A DNA stretch of 61,762 nucleotides, filler included. It is 6 parts of 6 records of this genome, joined end to end, with 100 filler letters (N's around TTAATTAATTAA, not from the genome) between each part and the next. Parts side by side here need not be neighbours in the genome. Positions count along the whole stretch, not along the records: positions 1 to 13,014 come from SRR20825006_405; positions 13,115 to 18,426 come from SRR20825006_410; positions 18,527 to 29,966 come from SRR20825006_412; 3 more parts are not named here. One strand, written 5' to 3'. The notes under the pieces are model-generated. The model was not told where the DNA came from, did no database searches, and worked only from the letters and a program-made list of their open reading frames with translations. How positions within the stretch are numbered: position 1 is the stretch's first letter; every line of letters begins with the position of its first letter. The translations under genes were made by a program, and so were the position numbers. Shown piece after piece: positions 8,725 through 19,128 of this stretch.

Positions 8725-10023
8725 ATGACCGAAACGATTGAAAACCGCTCATCCGGGCCGCCTAAAGGGTTCGGTCGCATGGCGCGGCGCGAGATGCGCT
8801 TTGCCTATGCCATGCTGGCACCGACATTCGCCATTGTGCTGGCGGTTGTGCTTTTGCCGTTGATCGCAAATTTCTGGATTTCGTTCAAACCGGTGCAGCT
8901 TTCCGATTTGCGTCCTCCGCAGCTAAACGTCAATGAGCGGCTGCGTGGCGATCTGAAGCAGCCCGGTGATGAGGCTCAGATCGAGTATCGGTTGCGTAAT
9001 ACTTCGCAGAAGGCCTCAATCTATGAGGCCGGTTTTGTTGATATCATCCCCAACGGCCTGACGGTATCAGGCATTGATGAACGCTGCGTGCTGGAAGCGC
9101 AGAAACTGACCTGTACGCTCGGCGATTTACCGGAAAAATTCCGTGACCGAATCCGCCTGCAGGTGATCGCCGACACGGCTTATCTGCAGTCGCCTGTGGC
9201 GCTCAGAGACAGCAGTGCCGAAACTTTCGGGCGGGCTGATAATATCCTCACAAACTTCGAGTTTACTCTCGAAAATTTCACCCGCATTTTCTCCTCGCCG
9301 GATTTCTGGAAAGTGCTGCGAGTCACCTTCTATTACACCGTATTCGGCACAGTGAGTGCACTGGTACTGGGGCTTTTCGCCGCTCAGCTCCTGAACCAGA
9401 GTTTCAGGGGCCGCTCGGTGCTGCGCGGGCTTTTCCTGTTTCCCTACGTCGCGCCGGTCATCGCAGTCGCATTTACATGGGTCATCCTGCTCGATCCCTA
9501 TTCCGGCACACTGAATGCGCTTCTGGTGCGTTCCGGCATGATTGGCGCGCCGATTGACTTTTTCGGCCAGCGCGATGTCGATATTTCGATCTTTGGCCTG
9601 ACCTTTCAGTTTCCAGTAGCGCTGACGACAGTGATTGCGTTTGAGGCGTGGCGTTATTTCCCGCTCTCCTTCCTGTTCATCCTGGCGCGCATGCAGGCAC
9701 TTTCCACCGATGTCTACGAGGCAGCCGAGATTGACGGCGCAACGCCCTTGCAGCAGTTCTGGTATATCTCGCTGCCGCAACTCGTTGGTATTCTGGCGGT
9801 ACTGTTCCTGCTGCGCTTCATATGGACCTTCAACAAGTTCGACGACATCTTCCTTCTGACCGGCGGGGCCGCCGGCACCAGAACGCTGACAGTCGACGTG
9901 TATGAACAGGCCTTTGCCGTTTCCAATCTGGGCGCGGGCGCAGCGGTCGCCGTGGTGGTGTTCGCAGTGCTTCTGTTCTTCTCGCTGGTCTTCTTCAAAT
10001 TCTCACCGCAGGACGATGGATGA
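8725..10023 (+). CDS. Carbohydrate ABC transporter permease (MalF-like) with extracytoplasmic insertion
   Basis: EAAEIDGA EAA loop and multiple TM helices; ~110-aa soluble insert after TM1. Confidence 0.9.
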   Translation: MTETIENRSSGPPKGFGRMARREMRFAYAMLAPTFAIVLAVVLLPLIANFWISFKPVQLSDLRPPQLNVNERLRGDLKQPGDEAQIEYRLRNTSQKASIYEAGFVDIIPNGLTVSGIDERCVLEAQKLTCTLGDLPEKFRDRIRLQVIADTAYLQSPVALRDSSAETFGRADNILTNFEFTLENFTRIFSSPDFWKVLRVTFYYTVFGTVSALVLGLFAAQLLNQSFRGRSVLRGLFLFPYVAPVIAVAFTWVILLDPYSGTLNALLVRSGMIGAPIDFFGQRDVDISIFGLTFQFPVALTTVIAFEAWRYFPLSFLFILARMQALSTDVYEAAEIDGATPLQQFWYISLPQLVGILAVLFLLRFIWTFNKFDDIFLLTGGAAGTRTLTVDVYEQAFAVSNLGAGAAVAVVVFAVLLFFSLVFFKFSPQDDG

Positions 10024-11270
10024 TGCGTATTGGAACCGGTTTCATCGCCGCTATTCTTGTCGGTGCCTTCTGGGGCGTGGTCTGGATGATCGTCATCGGC
10101 CTCGTGTTCACGCTGTTTTCCGGTGAGCCGAGCGCACCTCCGATAGGTATTGCCGGGCTTGCCGGCGCCATCGGCGCGATGATCTATTCGCTCGCGCCGG
10201 TAAAAACCCGTGGCAGGCCGAAAAACCGGGGAGCGAAGGTTCAGGTAAGCATGGTGGTCGCGATCTTCGCCGTCCTGATGCTTGCGACCTTCGGCGAACC
10301 CTTCGGCCTTTCGCTTGCCTATACCACCCTGCCGCAGCTGGCAGCCCTGACCGCCTTTATCGCTGCCGTCTGGTGGTCGATTGTCGCGGTTCTGCATGAC
10401 CAGTCATCGGGTAAAATCGGGCGATACCAATTGGAGGTGGTCTTTCTGCGCTTCATGAAAGGGCTCGGCCTCACGGTGTTCACGATCGTGGTGGCCCTTC
10501 CCTTCTATGTGATGGTGATGACGAGCTTCAAGAGCCAGCAATCGCTGATCTCCAATCCCCTCGACCTGTCGATTGACCTGACACAGGGACTTTCGGGGCT
10601 GTTAAACTCCTATATCGAACTTTTCACCGTCTATTCCTTCGGCACCTTCCTGATGAATTCGGCAATCGTGTCAGTGGCGACAGTGATCATCACGCTGGCC
10701 TTTGCCGTTCCCGGCGCCTATGCGGTGGCACGATTGAACTTTCCCGGACAGGCTTTTCTGTCGCGCTCGATCCTCTTGATCTACATGGTTCCGGCCATCG
10801 TTCTGGTCATTCCGCTTTATTCGGTGTTCTCGCAGCTCGGACTCAGAAATTCGCTGATCGGCCTGATGATCGTCTACCCGGCAACCACCATTCCTGTCGC
10901 ACTCTATATGCTGCAGGGCTATTTTCGCGGCCTGCCCTCGGAACTGGAGGAAGCCGGACTGATGGACGGCTTGAAGCGGCCGGGCGTGATCGTGAAGATC
11001 ACGCTTCCGCTGGCCCTGCCCGCACTGGCATCCGTCGCCCTCTACGTCTTCATGATTGCCTGGAACGAATTCCTGTTCGCCTTCATGTTTCTGGATGATG
11101 TCAACATGTTCACGCTGTCTCGCGGTGTCGTTTCGCTGAACTCATCCGAGGTTCCGCGCCAGCACCTGATGGCGGGCGCGGTGATCGCGACCGTGCCGGT
11201 GCTATTCATCTTCCTGTGGTTCGAACGCTTCCTGGTGGCGGGCCTGACCGCCGGCAGTGTGAAAGGTTGA
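10020..11270 (+). CDS. Carbohydrate ABC transporter permease (MalG-like) with N-terminal extra TM helices
   Basis: ELEEAGLMDG EAA loop, AWNEFLFA and GLTAGSVKG C-terminus. Confidence 0.9.
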   Translation: MMRIGTGFIAAILVGAFWGVVWMIVIGLVFTLFSGEPSAPPIGIAGLAGAIGAMIYSLAPVKTRGRPKNRGAKVQVSMVVAIFAVLMLATFGEPFGLSLAYTTLPQLAALTAFIAAVWWSIVAVLHDQSSGKIGRYQLEVVFLRFMKGLGLTVFTIVVALPFYVMVMTSFKSQQSLISNPLDLSIDLTQGLSGLLNSYIELFTVYSFGTFLMNSAIVSVATVIITLAFAVPGAYAVARLNFPGQAFLSRSILLIYMVPAIVLVIPLYSVFSQLGLRNSLIGLMIVYPATTIPVALYMLQGYFRGLPSELEEAGLMDGLKRPGVIVKITLPLALPALASVALYVFMIAWNEFLFAFMFLDDVNMFTLSRGVVSLNSSEVPRQHLMAGAVIATVPVLFIFLWFERFLVAGLTAGSVKG

Positions 11271-11272
11271 GT

Positions 11273-12571
11273 ATGCACCAATCATTGAAACAGCAGGCGA
11301 TCGACATCCTGCATATGAATGACCGGGGCGGCTACACTGTACCGACGGCCAGGCTTTATCCCTATCAGTGGGAATGGGATTCCGTGTTCGCAGCACTCGG
11401 CTTTGCAACGTTTGACCGCAACCGCGCCTGGGAAGAAATCGAGACCCTGTTTTCCGGCCAGTGGGATGACGGCATGGTGCCGCACATCATCTTCCACAAA
11501 ACCGACCCGGACTATTTCCCCGGCCCGGAAATGTGGAAATCCAACACGATCCCGCCCTCATCCGGCCATTCCCAGCCACCCGTTGCTGCCAGCGCCATGC
11601 TGACAATTATGAAGACCGGCGACGCGATGGACCGGGAACGCACCAAAGCGCTGTTTTACAAGCTTCACGCTTGGCATCGCTGGTTCCACACCTATCGCGA
11701 TCCAGACGAAACCGGCGTCGTCGGCATCATCCACCCGTGGGAATCCGGCCGTGACAATTGCCCGGACTGGGATATCGGCATGGCGCAGATTGCCGTGCCT
11801 GAGGATCTCGGTGATCTGCCGCGCCGCGACATTACCCATGTGGACCCGTCCGAACGGCCAACGGCGGAGCAATACAACCGCTATCTCACAATCGTGAAAT
11901 TCGGCCATGAATGCAAATGGAATCATCTGGAAATTGCCCGCAACGGGCCGTTCTTCATGATCGATCCCTGCGTCCAGTTCGCTCTGATGCGCGGTGACCG
12001 CGATCTTGCGGAACTGGCTGACGACTTCAGTGAGTCCGGCATTCGCGACGAGGCTGAAGCCTGGCTGAAGCGTTCGAAGGAGGGTTGCGACAGCTTCTGG
12101 AGCGACGACGTCAACGGCCATGTTGCAAAGGATCTGCGCTCCGGCGGGCTGTCGACGGCGTTTACCAATGCCTCGGCGATGGCGCTTTATGCCGATGCCG
12201 GAAGTCCGGACCAGCAGGCGCGGCTGACGCAGGAAATCGCTGACATTCTTGATCACTGTTCATTCGGATTTCCGAGTTGGGACCCGCGCGACGAACGGTT
12301 TGAAAGCCGACGCTATTGGCGCGGACCGATCTGGTCGGTGGTCAACTACATGATCGGCACCGGCCTTGCTGAAAAGGGCCATGACGCCCTGGCCGAACGG
12401 CTGCGCGGTGACACGCGCCGAGCGGTCGAGACATCCGGTTTTTTTGAGTATTTCGACCCGCTCACCGGCGAGGGTCTCGGTGGCAAGCTGTTTACCTGGA
12501 CAGCGGCCATTCATCTTGCCTGGGCCCACTCGTCCAGGCCCGGGGGCGACGACATGTTGCAGGCAGGCTGA
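11273..12571 (+). CDS. GH63-like glycoside hydrolase (glucosylglycerate/mannosylglycerate hydrolase, MGH1-like)
   Basis: [39 protein letters not shown] and FFEYFDP…FTWTAA motifs; ATG 2 nt after the permease stop. Confidence 0.85.
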   Translation: MHQSLKQQAIDILHMNDRGGYTVPTARLYPYQWEWDSVFAALGFATFDRNRAWEEIETLFSGQWDDGMVPHIIFHKTDPDYFPGPEMWKSNTIPPSSGHSQPPVAASAMLTIMKTGDAMDRERTKALFYKLHAWHRWFHTYRDPDETGVVGIIHPWESGRDNCPDWDIGMAQIAVPEDLGDLPRRDITHVDPSERPTAEQYNRYLTIVKFGHECKWNHLEIARNGPFFMIDPCVQFALMRGDRDLAELADDFSESGIRDEAEAWLKRSKEGCDSFWSDDVNGHVAKDLRSGGLSTAFTNASAMALYADAGSPDQQARLTQEIADILDHCSFGFPSWDPRDERFESRRYWRGPIWSVVNYMIGTGLAEKGHDALAERLRGDTRRAVETSGFFEYFDPLTGEGLGGKLFTWTAAIHLAWAHSSRPGGDDMLQAG

Positions 12572-12582
12572 AGGAAAATAAA

Positions 12583-13014
12583 ATGGGCTCTATCCGGCTT
12601 GAAAATGTGGAAAAATGGTTCGGCGACCTGCAGGTTATCAAGGGCATCGACCTTGAGATCGCCGACGGCGAATTCGTGATCTTCGTCGGCCCGTCCGGCT
12701 GCGGAAAGTCGACCCTGCTGAGGATGATTTCCGGGCTTGAGGAAACCAGCCGCGGGCGCATTCTGCTTGACGGTAACGACGTGACCGACCGGCTGCCATC
12801 GGAACGCGGGCTTTCCATGGTGTTTCAGTCCTATGCGCTCTACCCGCATATGAATGTGCGCGACAATATGGGCTTCTCTCTGAAGACCGCTGGCAGTCCC
12901 CAAAAGGAAATCGAGGAGAAGGTCGGGCGGGCCGCCGATATTCTGAAGCTCGACGACTATCTCGACCGTCGGCCCAAGGCGCTCTCCGGCGGTCAGCGCC
13001 AGCGCGTCGCCATC
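12583..13014 (+). CDS. Sugar ABC transporter ATP-binding protein (partial, contig end)
   Basis: Walker [21 protein letters not shown] and [11 protein letters not shown]. Confidence 0.92.
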
Positions 13015-13114
13015 NNNNNNNNNNNNNNNNNNNNNNNNNNNNNNNNNNNNNNNNNNNNTTAATTAATTAANNNNNNNNNNNNNNNNNNNNNNNNNNNNNN
13101 NNNNNNNNNNNNNN
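13015..13114. other. Artificial contig spacer (N44-TTAATTAATTAA-N44)
   Basis: N runs around an all-frame stop linker; gene context changes across it. Confidence 0.97.
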
Positions 13115-13117
13115 GCC

Positions 13118-13924
13118 TCAGGTCCTGCCAGGCTGGCAGATGGCACCACGGCTACTGGTGGCACGGATAAAACTGACGATATCCGCCACAGCCTCATGGT
13201 CGCAGAATTCACGCGCGACGGAGTCCACACGTTCCTGGAACGTGCCTTCGTCCGCGAACAGCAGCCGGTAAGCCTTGCGCAGCTCGGCGATCTGCTCCTG
13301 GGTGAATCCCCGGCGCTTCAAGCCGATCAGATTGAGCCCGGACAGCCGTGCCCGATCCCCCATCACGGTTCCGAACGGGATCACATCATTCTCGACGCCG
13401 GTAAGACCGCCGATCATGGCGTGCTTGCCGATGCGCACGAATTGTCGCGCAGCGCTAAGCCCGCCGAGAATGGCGAAGTCACCAACAGTCACATGCCCTG
13501 CCAGGGTCGCATTGTTTGCCAGGATGACATTGTCACCAACGACGCAGTCGTGCGCCACGTGAGACGCGGCCATGAACAGACAATCGTCTCCCACCTTGGT
13601 CAGCATGCCGCCGCCTTCGGTGCCGATATTCATGGTGACGTGCTCGCGGATCACGTTCCGGGCACCGATCACCAGTTCGGACGGCTCCCCGCCATATTTC
13701 AGGTCCTGGGGAATCTGCCCGATGGACGAGAACGGAAAGATTTCTGTTTCCGCGCCGATGCTGGTCCGGCCATCAAGGACGACGTGAGCATGCAGGCGAC
13801 AATTGTCTCCCAGAACGACGTTCGGGCCGATGACGCAATACGGGCCGATCCCGACTCCGGAGCCGATCTCTGCGGCTTTATCGACAATCGCGGTCGGATG
13901 GATGCTGCGCTCTTGCGATGTCAT
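13118..13924 (-). CDS. lpxA: UDP-N-acetylglucosamine O-acyltransferase
   Basis: Hexapeptide repeats, PQDLKY, SHVAHDC and NNATLAGHV motifs; lpxD-fabZ-lpxA order. Confidence 0.95.
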   Translation of the reverse strand: MTSQERSIHPTAIVDKAAEIGSGVGIGPYCVIGPNVVLGDNCRLHAHVVLDGRTSIGAETEIFPFSSIGQIPQDLKYGGEPSELVIGARNVIREHVTMNIGTEGGGMLTKVGDDCLFMAASHVAHDCVVGDNVILANNATLAGHVTVGDFAILGGLSAARQFVRIGKHAMIGGLTGVENDVIPFGTVMGDRARLSGLNLIGLKRRGFTQEQIAELRKAYRLLFADEGTFQERVDSVAREFCDHEAVADIVSFIRATSSRGAICQPGRT

Positions 13925-13927
13925 CCC

Positions 13928-14404
13928 CTAGCTGTCCACGATCATCGCGGAGAATGTCGCCTCGGCAACCAGCACGCCGTCGACTTTCGCCGCTCCGGTG
14001 AATTTCCAGACCGGTCCTCTGTTCCTGGATTTCTCCACATGAATCTTGATCTGATCTCCAGGAACCACGGGTTTGCGGAAACGGGCATCGTCAATGGTCA
14101 TGAAATAGACCAGCTTGCCTTCCGCTTCCTTGCCCAGAGTGGCCACGACAAGACAACCGGCGGTTTGCGCCATGGATTCGATGATCAGGACGCCCGGAAA
14201 AACCGGACGGGTCGGGAAATGACCCTGAAAAAAATTCTCGTTGATCGAGACATTCTTGACCCCGACCGCTTTCACGCCGAGCTCGATTTCCTCGATTTTA
14301 TCCACCATGAGAAACGGATACCGGTGCGGGATCAGTTCCATCACCCGGTTTACGTCAATATCGGTTTCGACAGCCGTTCCGACTTCAATATCTGCGGCGC
14401 CCAT
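13928..14404 (-). CDS. fabZ: 3-hydroxyacyl-ACP dehydratase
   Basis: [11 protein letters not shown] and FQGHFP…[11 protein letters not shown] motifs. Confidence 0.96.
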   Translation of the reverse strand: MGAADIEVGTAVETDIDVNRVMELIPHRYPFLMVDKIEEIELGVKAVGVKNVSINENFFQGHFPTRPVFPGVLIIESMAQTAGCLVVATLGKEAEGKLVYFMTIDDARFRKPVVPGDQIKIHVEKSRNRGPVWKFTGAAKVDGVLVAEATFSAMIVDS

Positions 14405-15435
14405 CAGTTCTCCAGATCTTTGTTGCGTCGCCCCAAGGACTTGATAGCAGCCACCTGACGGCGGAAATCTCTTATTGGCACGGCCGGAGCCCCACCGATT
14501 TTTTCACCCGGCGCAGTCGTGCTCGTAACCCCGGACTGTGCCGCAACCTGCACACCGTCACCGAGCTCGATATGGCCGGCCACACCGACCTGCCCCGCGA
14601 GAACCACGTAATTCCCGATTTTCGCGCTTCCGGCAATACCGGCCTGACCACAAATGATACAGCCTTTGCCAACCTGAACGTTGTGGCCGATCTGAACCAG
14701 ATTATCAATCATGGTCCCGCGACCAATGACCGTATCCGGGCCACTGCCCCGGTCGATACAACTATTCGCACCGATTTCCACATCATCCTCGATGATCGCC
14801 CGGCCAAGCTGCGGCATCTTGATGACACCGGCTTCATCCACTTCGAATCCGAACCCGCGCGTCCCGATCCGGGCTCCGGGATAGATCACCACACGCGCCC
14901 CGATCAGGCAGTGGGAAAGCGACGCGTTTTCACCGATAACGGTGCCCGCTCCAACCTCGACATTTTCGCCGACGATGGCATTGGCTTCGACCCTGACGCC
15001 GTCCCCGAGTTTCGCACCGGCCGAAATCACGGCGCCCGGCCCGACGGAACAATCCTTGCCCAACGTTGCCGCGTCATCAATTGCCGCACTTGCGGAAATG
15101 CCTGTGGACCGGCGCTCTTCCGGATAGAACAGGGTCGCGATTTTGGCGAATGCCCGGCGAGGCCGGTCACTGACGATCAGGGCAAGCCCATCGGGCGCCC
15201 GGTCGGCAATATTCCGCGGCAGGATACAGATAGCTGCCGCGGATGAGCTCAAGGCTCCCACATAGCGTCTGTTCTCAACGAAACAGATGTCGCTGGCCGT
15301 CGCCTCTTCAATGGAGGCGATATCCTCGATTATCAGTTCCGGATCAGGACAGTTCAGCAATTCACCACCAACGCGCTCGGCAAGGTCAGCGGCGGAATAT
15401 GTTCCTGATTTTCTGAAGAATCTCTTGTCCGGCAT
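14404..15435 (-). CDS. lpxD: UDP-3-O-acylglucosamine N-acyltransferase
   Basis: Hexapeptide repeats, [14 protein letters not shown] and [11 protein letters not shown] motifs. Confidence 0.95.
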   Translation of the reverse strand: MPDKRFFRKSGTYSAADLAERVGGELLNCPDPELIIEDIASIEEATASDICFVENRRYVGALSSSAAAICILPRNIADRAPDGLALIVSDRPRRAFAKIATLFYPEERRSTGISASAAIDDAATLGKDCSVGPGAVISAGAKLGDGVRVEANAIVGENVEVGAGTVIGENASLSHCLIGARVVIYPGARIGTRGFGFEVDEAGVIKMPQLGRAIIEDDVEIGANSCIDRGSGPDTVIGRGTMIDNLVQIGHNVQVGKGCIICGQAGIAGSAKIGNYVVLAGQVGVAGHIELGDGVQVAAQSGVTSTTAPGEKIGGAPAVPIRDFRRQVAAIKSLGRRNKDLEN

Positions 15436-15454
15436 CGCGCGGCATCAATCGCTT

Positions 15455-16063
15455 CTAGTTCTGCGTTTCGGTAAAGGTCACTTTGACCTTCGGCAGCTTC
15501 TTGTTCAGGCGCTTCATGATCTCTTCGGTAACATCGATTTTACGATCCCCGAGGAAAATCTGGTTCTTGAACAAAACCAGCCCGACACCAACTTCGCCGG
15601 CCACTTCAGCGACGATCTCGATCATCGTCTGGCGCACCTGGCCGTTTGCCCGGCCATAGGCCTGGTCCAGCTGGCGCTTCATTGCCTGGCCGTCCCGCTG
15701 CAGAGCCGCGATATTCTGCTGGTGCTCACGGACACGCGCCTGGAAGACTTCATTCGCGAGAATGGCCTGCTGTTGCGCCAAAGCCTTTTCGGCTTCACGC
15801 ACATCGGCTTCACGCTGCTGGAAATCCTTCTCGTAGACCTTCCGGCGGCTCTCGACCTGCTCGCGGATATCCTTCGCCGCATCGGATTGGCGCATAATCT
15901 GCTGCACATCGACAACGGCCACACTGACCGGCTCGATCTTGTCGAGCGCATCCGCCGGGGAAACCGCGACGGCGGTCGTCAGCGAAACGGCAAGAAGAAC
16001 CCCTGCAAGGACTCTAGAAGCGCGTTCCGAAACTGAACCTAAAGATTTCAGTATCATCAGCAT
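15455..16063 (-). CDS. skp: OmpH/Skp periplasmic chaperone
   Basis: Signal peptide, VAVVDVQQIM, coiled coil and DVTEEIMKRLN; located between bamA and lpxD. Start is uncertain (16063 or 16057). Confidence 0.85.
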   Translation of the reverse strand: MLMILKSLGSVSERASRVLAGVLLAVSLTTAVAVSPADALDKIEPVSVAVVDVQQIMRQSDAAKDIREQVESRRKVYEKDFQQREADVREAEKALAQQQAILANEVFQARVREHQQNIAALQRDGQAMKRQLDQAYGRANGQVRQTMIEIVAEVAGEVGVGLVLFKNQIFLGDRKIDVTEEIMKRLNKKLPKVKVTFTETQN

Positions 16064-18335
16064 CGTCCTTCAATATTGCTTGCGCCACATCGACGCGGAT
16101 CAACCCAAACGCCGTGGCCCAGGAAATACCCGTACCCACTGACGCTCGTAAACTCGTGCTGTCGATGATTTCCGGCCCGCTTTCATCGATCCCGTAGAGC
16201 GAGCCGACATCGGTAAACACGAACCCTTTGATCCCAAGATCACCAGGCAGGCCAAGCGGAAAGCCGACCTCGGCCGTGCCGACATAATATGTATTGCCGC
16301 CCAGGGCATCATCACTGTCCCTGTCCCGCGGACCTATGCCGTTCCGGGCGAAGCCACGGAAATTGTTACCGCCGACAAAGAACCGCTCGGCGATCCCGAC
16401 ATCTTCTCCCAGCCCAACGATGTGTCCACCTTCACCGATCAGGCCAAGGACATAATCGTCAACAAGGGGAATGTAGTAGGAGCCGCGAAGGGTCGTCCGG
16501 AAATGCGACACCGTACCGCCGAGCCCGGCGACATCGTTGGATACACTTACGAAATAACCTTCGGTCGGATCATTCCTGTTGTCCCGCATATCGAGAGACA
16601 AGGTGTGACCAACCTGGGAAACGGTCTGGGAGCCTTCCTGGTCCTGCACGAAACGGGAAGCATCATCGTCCACATCCCGGATCTCCGTGGTCTTCAGCAG
16701 GTAGTTGACCGAATGCCGGAGATCCTCGCCAAGATCGTATCCCGCGCGCAGACGGAAACCGCTGCTCTCTTCCTTGAAGGAGCTCTCGTCCGTTTCATCC
16801 CGGACGATCCTGAACAGATCAATACCGGCAGCCACGTCCCGATCCATGAAATATGGTTCGGTGAAGCCGAGATCAAACTGCTGGCGGTTGACCGAGCCGG
16901 AGAACTTGAGACGGAGATCCTGTCCCCGGCCAAGCAGGTTACGCTCCCGGATCCCGATATCGCCGATCACACTGTCCACGGTCGAAAAGCCAACGCCGAA
17001 GGAAATTTCCCCGGTCGACTGTTCCTCGACAGTGGCGGTAATGACAGTCCGGTCCGGCTGCGAGCCTTCCCGGTTCTGCACATCCACGGTCTTGAAGAAG
17101 CCAAGATTACGAACACGCCGGGTGGAGCGCCGCATCTTCGAGGTATTGAAGGCATCGCCTTCGGCAAGCTGGAATTCCCGCCGGATAACCCGGTCAAGCG
17201 TCCGCACATTGCCTTCGATATCGATCCGCTCAACGAAGACCTTGGGCCCCTCGCCGACAAAGAAGGTGATGCCAACAGTCTTGCCTTCGACATCCTGATG
17301 CGGTTGCGGGCGGATATCGACGAAGGCGAAACCGAGAGTGCCGAGATAATCGACAATCCTGTCCACGGCATCGTCAACCTGGTCAGCGTTGTAGATCTCG
17401 CCAGGGACAATCTCCACCAGCGGACGCAGCGCTTCTTGTTCGATATTCTTCAGACGGATATCGAAGTCCATATCCCCGAAAGTATACTGGTTGCCTTCCT
17501 CCATCGTGAAGGTGACAACGAAATCCTTCTGGTCCGGCGTCAGCTCGGCGACAGCATTGAGGACTTTGAAGTCCGCATAGCCTTCGCTCAGATAGTGCCG
17601 CCGGAGCAACTCACGGTCGAAGCTGAGACGATCGGGATCATAGGTGTCCGTGGTCGTCAGGATGCGCCAGAAGGCATATTCCTTGGTCTGGATCACATCG
17701 CGCAGCTTGGAATCGCTGAAAGCCTTGTTGCCGATAAAGGAGATCGACCGGATCCGGGTCAACGGCCCTTCATCAATCTCGAACACCAGATCGACACGGT
17801 TCTGCTCTAGCTGGATAACCTTCGGTTCGACCGTCGCGGCGAAACGTCCGCTCAGGCGATACACATCAAGAATGCGCTGAACGTCCTGCTGCACCCGGGT
17901 CCGGGTGAAGACCCGCCGAGGCTGCAATTCGACCTCGCGTTCCAGCTCTTCGTCCTTGATCCGCTTGTTGCCCTCGAAGGCAATCCGGTTGATCACCGGG
18001 TTCTCGACGACCGTGACAGTGATGCGGCCACCCGCCGGGCGAAGATTGACATCGGCAAACAGGCCGGTGCCAAACAGCGCTTTCAAGGACCTGTCCAGCG
18101 TGGCGGCGTCGACAGTGTCGCCAACCTTGACGGTCATGTAGGAGCGTACCGTTTCCGGATCCACGCGCTGGGTTCCGACCACTTCGATCTCATCGACCTG
18201 CATGGTCTGCGCATACGCAGGCGAAATGCCGCCCGGCACATGCGGAGCCCCAAAAAATCCAACCGCGAGGGCGGCTACGGCGACAAACAAACGGGCAAGC
18301 GTCAGTCGTGCCGTCACATCAAACTCCGCAAACAC
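16014..18335 (-). CDS. bamA: Outer membrane protein assembly factor
   Basis: POTRA repeats (GNVRTLDRVIRRE), FRGF motif and C-terminal FSFGTRF beta-signal. Confidence 0.96.
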   Translation of the reverse strand: MFAEFDVTARLTLARLFVAVAALAVGFFGAPHVPGGISPAYAQTMQVDEIEVVGTQRVDPETVRSYMTVKVGDTVDAATLDRSLKALFGTGLFADVNLRPAGGRITVTVVENPVINRIAFEGNKRIKDEELEREVELQPRRVFTRTRVQQDVQRILDVYRLSGRFAATVEPKVIQLEQNRVDLVFEIDEGPLTRIRSISFIGNKAFSDSKLRDVIQTKEYAFWRILTTTDTYDPDRLSFDRELLRRHYLSEGYADFKVLNAVAELTPDQKDFVVTFTMEEGNQYTFGDMDFDIRLKNIEQEALRPLVEIVPGEIYNADQVDDAVDRIVDYLGTLGFAFVDIRPQPHQDVEGKTVGITFFVGEGPKVFVERIDIEGNVRTLDRVIRREFQLAEGDAFNTSKMRRSTRRVRNLGFFKTVDVQNREGSQPDRTVITATVEEQSTGEISFGVGFSTVDSVIGDIGIRERNLLGRGQDLRLKFSGSVNRQQFDLGFTEPYFMDRDVAAGIDLFRIVRDETDESSFKEESSGFRLRAGYDLGEDLRHSVNYLLKTTEIRDVDDDASRFVQDQEGSQTVSQVGHTLSLDMRDNRNDPTEGYFVSVSNDVAGLGGTVSHFRTTLRGSYYIPLVDDYVLGLIGEGGHIVGLGEDVGIAERFFVGGNNFRGFARNGIGPRDRDSDDALGGNTYYVGTAEVGFPLGLPGDLGIKGFVFTDVGSLYGIDESGPEIIDSTSLRASVGTGISWATAFGLIRVDVAQAILKDDADDTEIFRFSFGTRF

Positions 18336-18426
18336 TTATCAAACCCTGTGAAGGTCAGTCCGGTGGCGGACTATAGACTGGTTGGAACACTCATTAAACC
18401 AGTGATTCCGTTGATAATTCGAAAAC

Positions 18427-18526
18427 NNNNNNNNNNNNNNNNNNNNNNNNNNNNNNNNNNNNNNNNNNNNTTAATTAATTAANNNNNNNNNNNNNNNNNN
18501 NNNNNNNNNNNNNNNNNNNNNNNNNN
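18427..18526. other. Artificial contig spacer
   Basis: N44-TTAATTAATTAA-N44. Confidence 0.97.
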
Positions 18527-19111
18527 CACAAGACCCTGCGCGGTCCGCGCGGTGGCCTGATCCTCACCAATGACGAGGCGATCGCCAAGAAGATCAACTC
18601 GGCCATTTTCCCTGGCATCCAGGGTGGGCCGCTGATGCATGTCATCGCCGCCAAGGCCGTCGCCTTCAAGGAAGCGCTCTCGCCAGAGTTCAAGGCCTAT
18701 GCCAGCCAGGTCGTGGCCAATGCCAGGGTTCTGGCCGATACACTGGTCAAGGGTGGCGTCGACATCGTTTCGGGCGGCACCGACAATCACCTGATGCTGG
18801 TCGATCTTCGGCCCAAGGGGCTCACCGGCAAGGCCACAGAAAAGGCGCTCGAACGCGCCCACATCACCTGCAACAAGAACGCCGTGCCGTTCGATCCGGA
18901 AAAGCCCGCCATCACCTCCGGTGTGCGCCTCGGGACACCGGCCGGGACGTCGCGCGGCTTTGGCGAGGCAGAATTCCGGCTCATTGGTGAACTCATCATC
19001 GAGGTGCTCGATGGCCTCAAGACCAATGGCGACGACAATAATGGTGCCGTAGAGGCCGAAGTCCGCGCCAAGGTGAAGACGCTCACCGATCGCTTCCCGA
19101 TCTACGGCTAA
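18527..19111 (+). CDS. glyA: Serine hydroxymethyltransferase (partial, 5' truncated)
   Basis: Begins at the PLP motif [10 protein letters not shown]; has [24 protein letters not shown] and the FPIY end. Confidence 0.96.
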   Translation, partial: HKTLRGPRGGLILTNDEAIAKKINSAIFPGIQGGPLMHVIAAKAVAFKEALSPEFKAYASQVVANARVLADTLVKGGVDIVSGGTDNHLMLVDLRPKGLTGKATEKALERAHITCNKNAVPFDPEKPAITSGVRLGTPAGTSRGFGEAEFRLIGELIIEVLDGLKTNGDDNNGAVEAEVRAKVKTLTDRFPIYG

Positions 19112-19128
19112 CAACCAGAAGGCCCGCC

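Noticed and set aside
13059-13070. Recurrent TTAATTAATTAA palindrome
   Set aside because: Artificial linker embedded in N runs at every contig join; not biological.
13196-14458. 420-aa plus-strand ORF
   Set aside because: Antisense shadow of lpxA/fabZ caused by GC-rich codon bias; no recognisable motifs.
16422-17810. 462-aa plus-strand ORF
   Set aside because: Antisense to bamA; shadow ORF.
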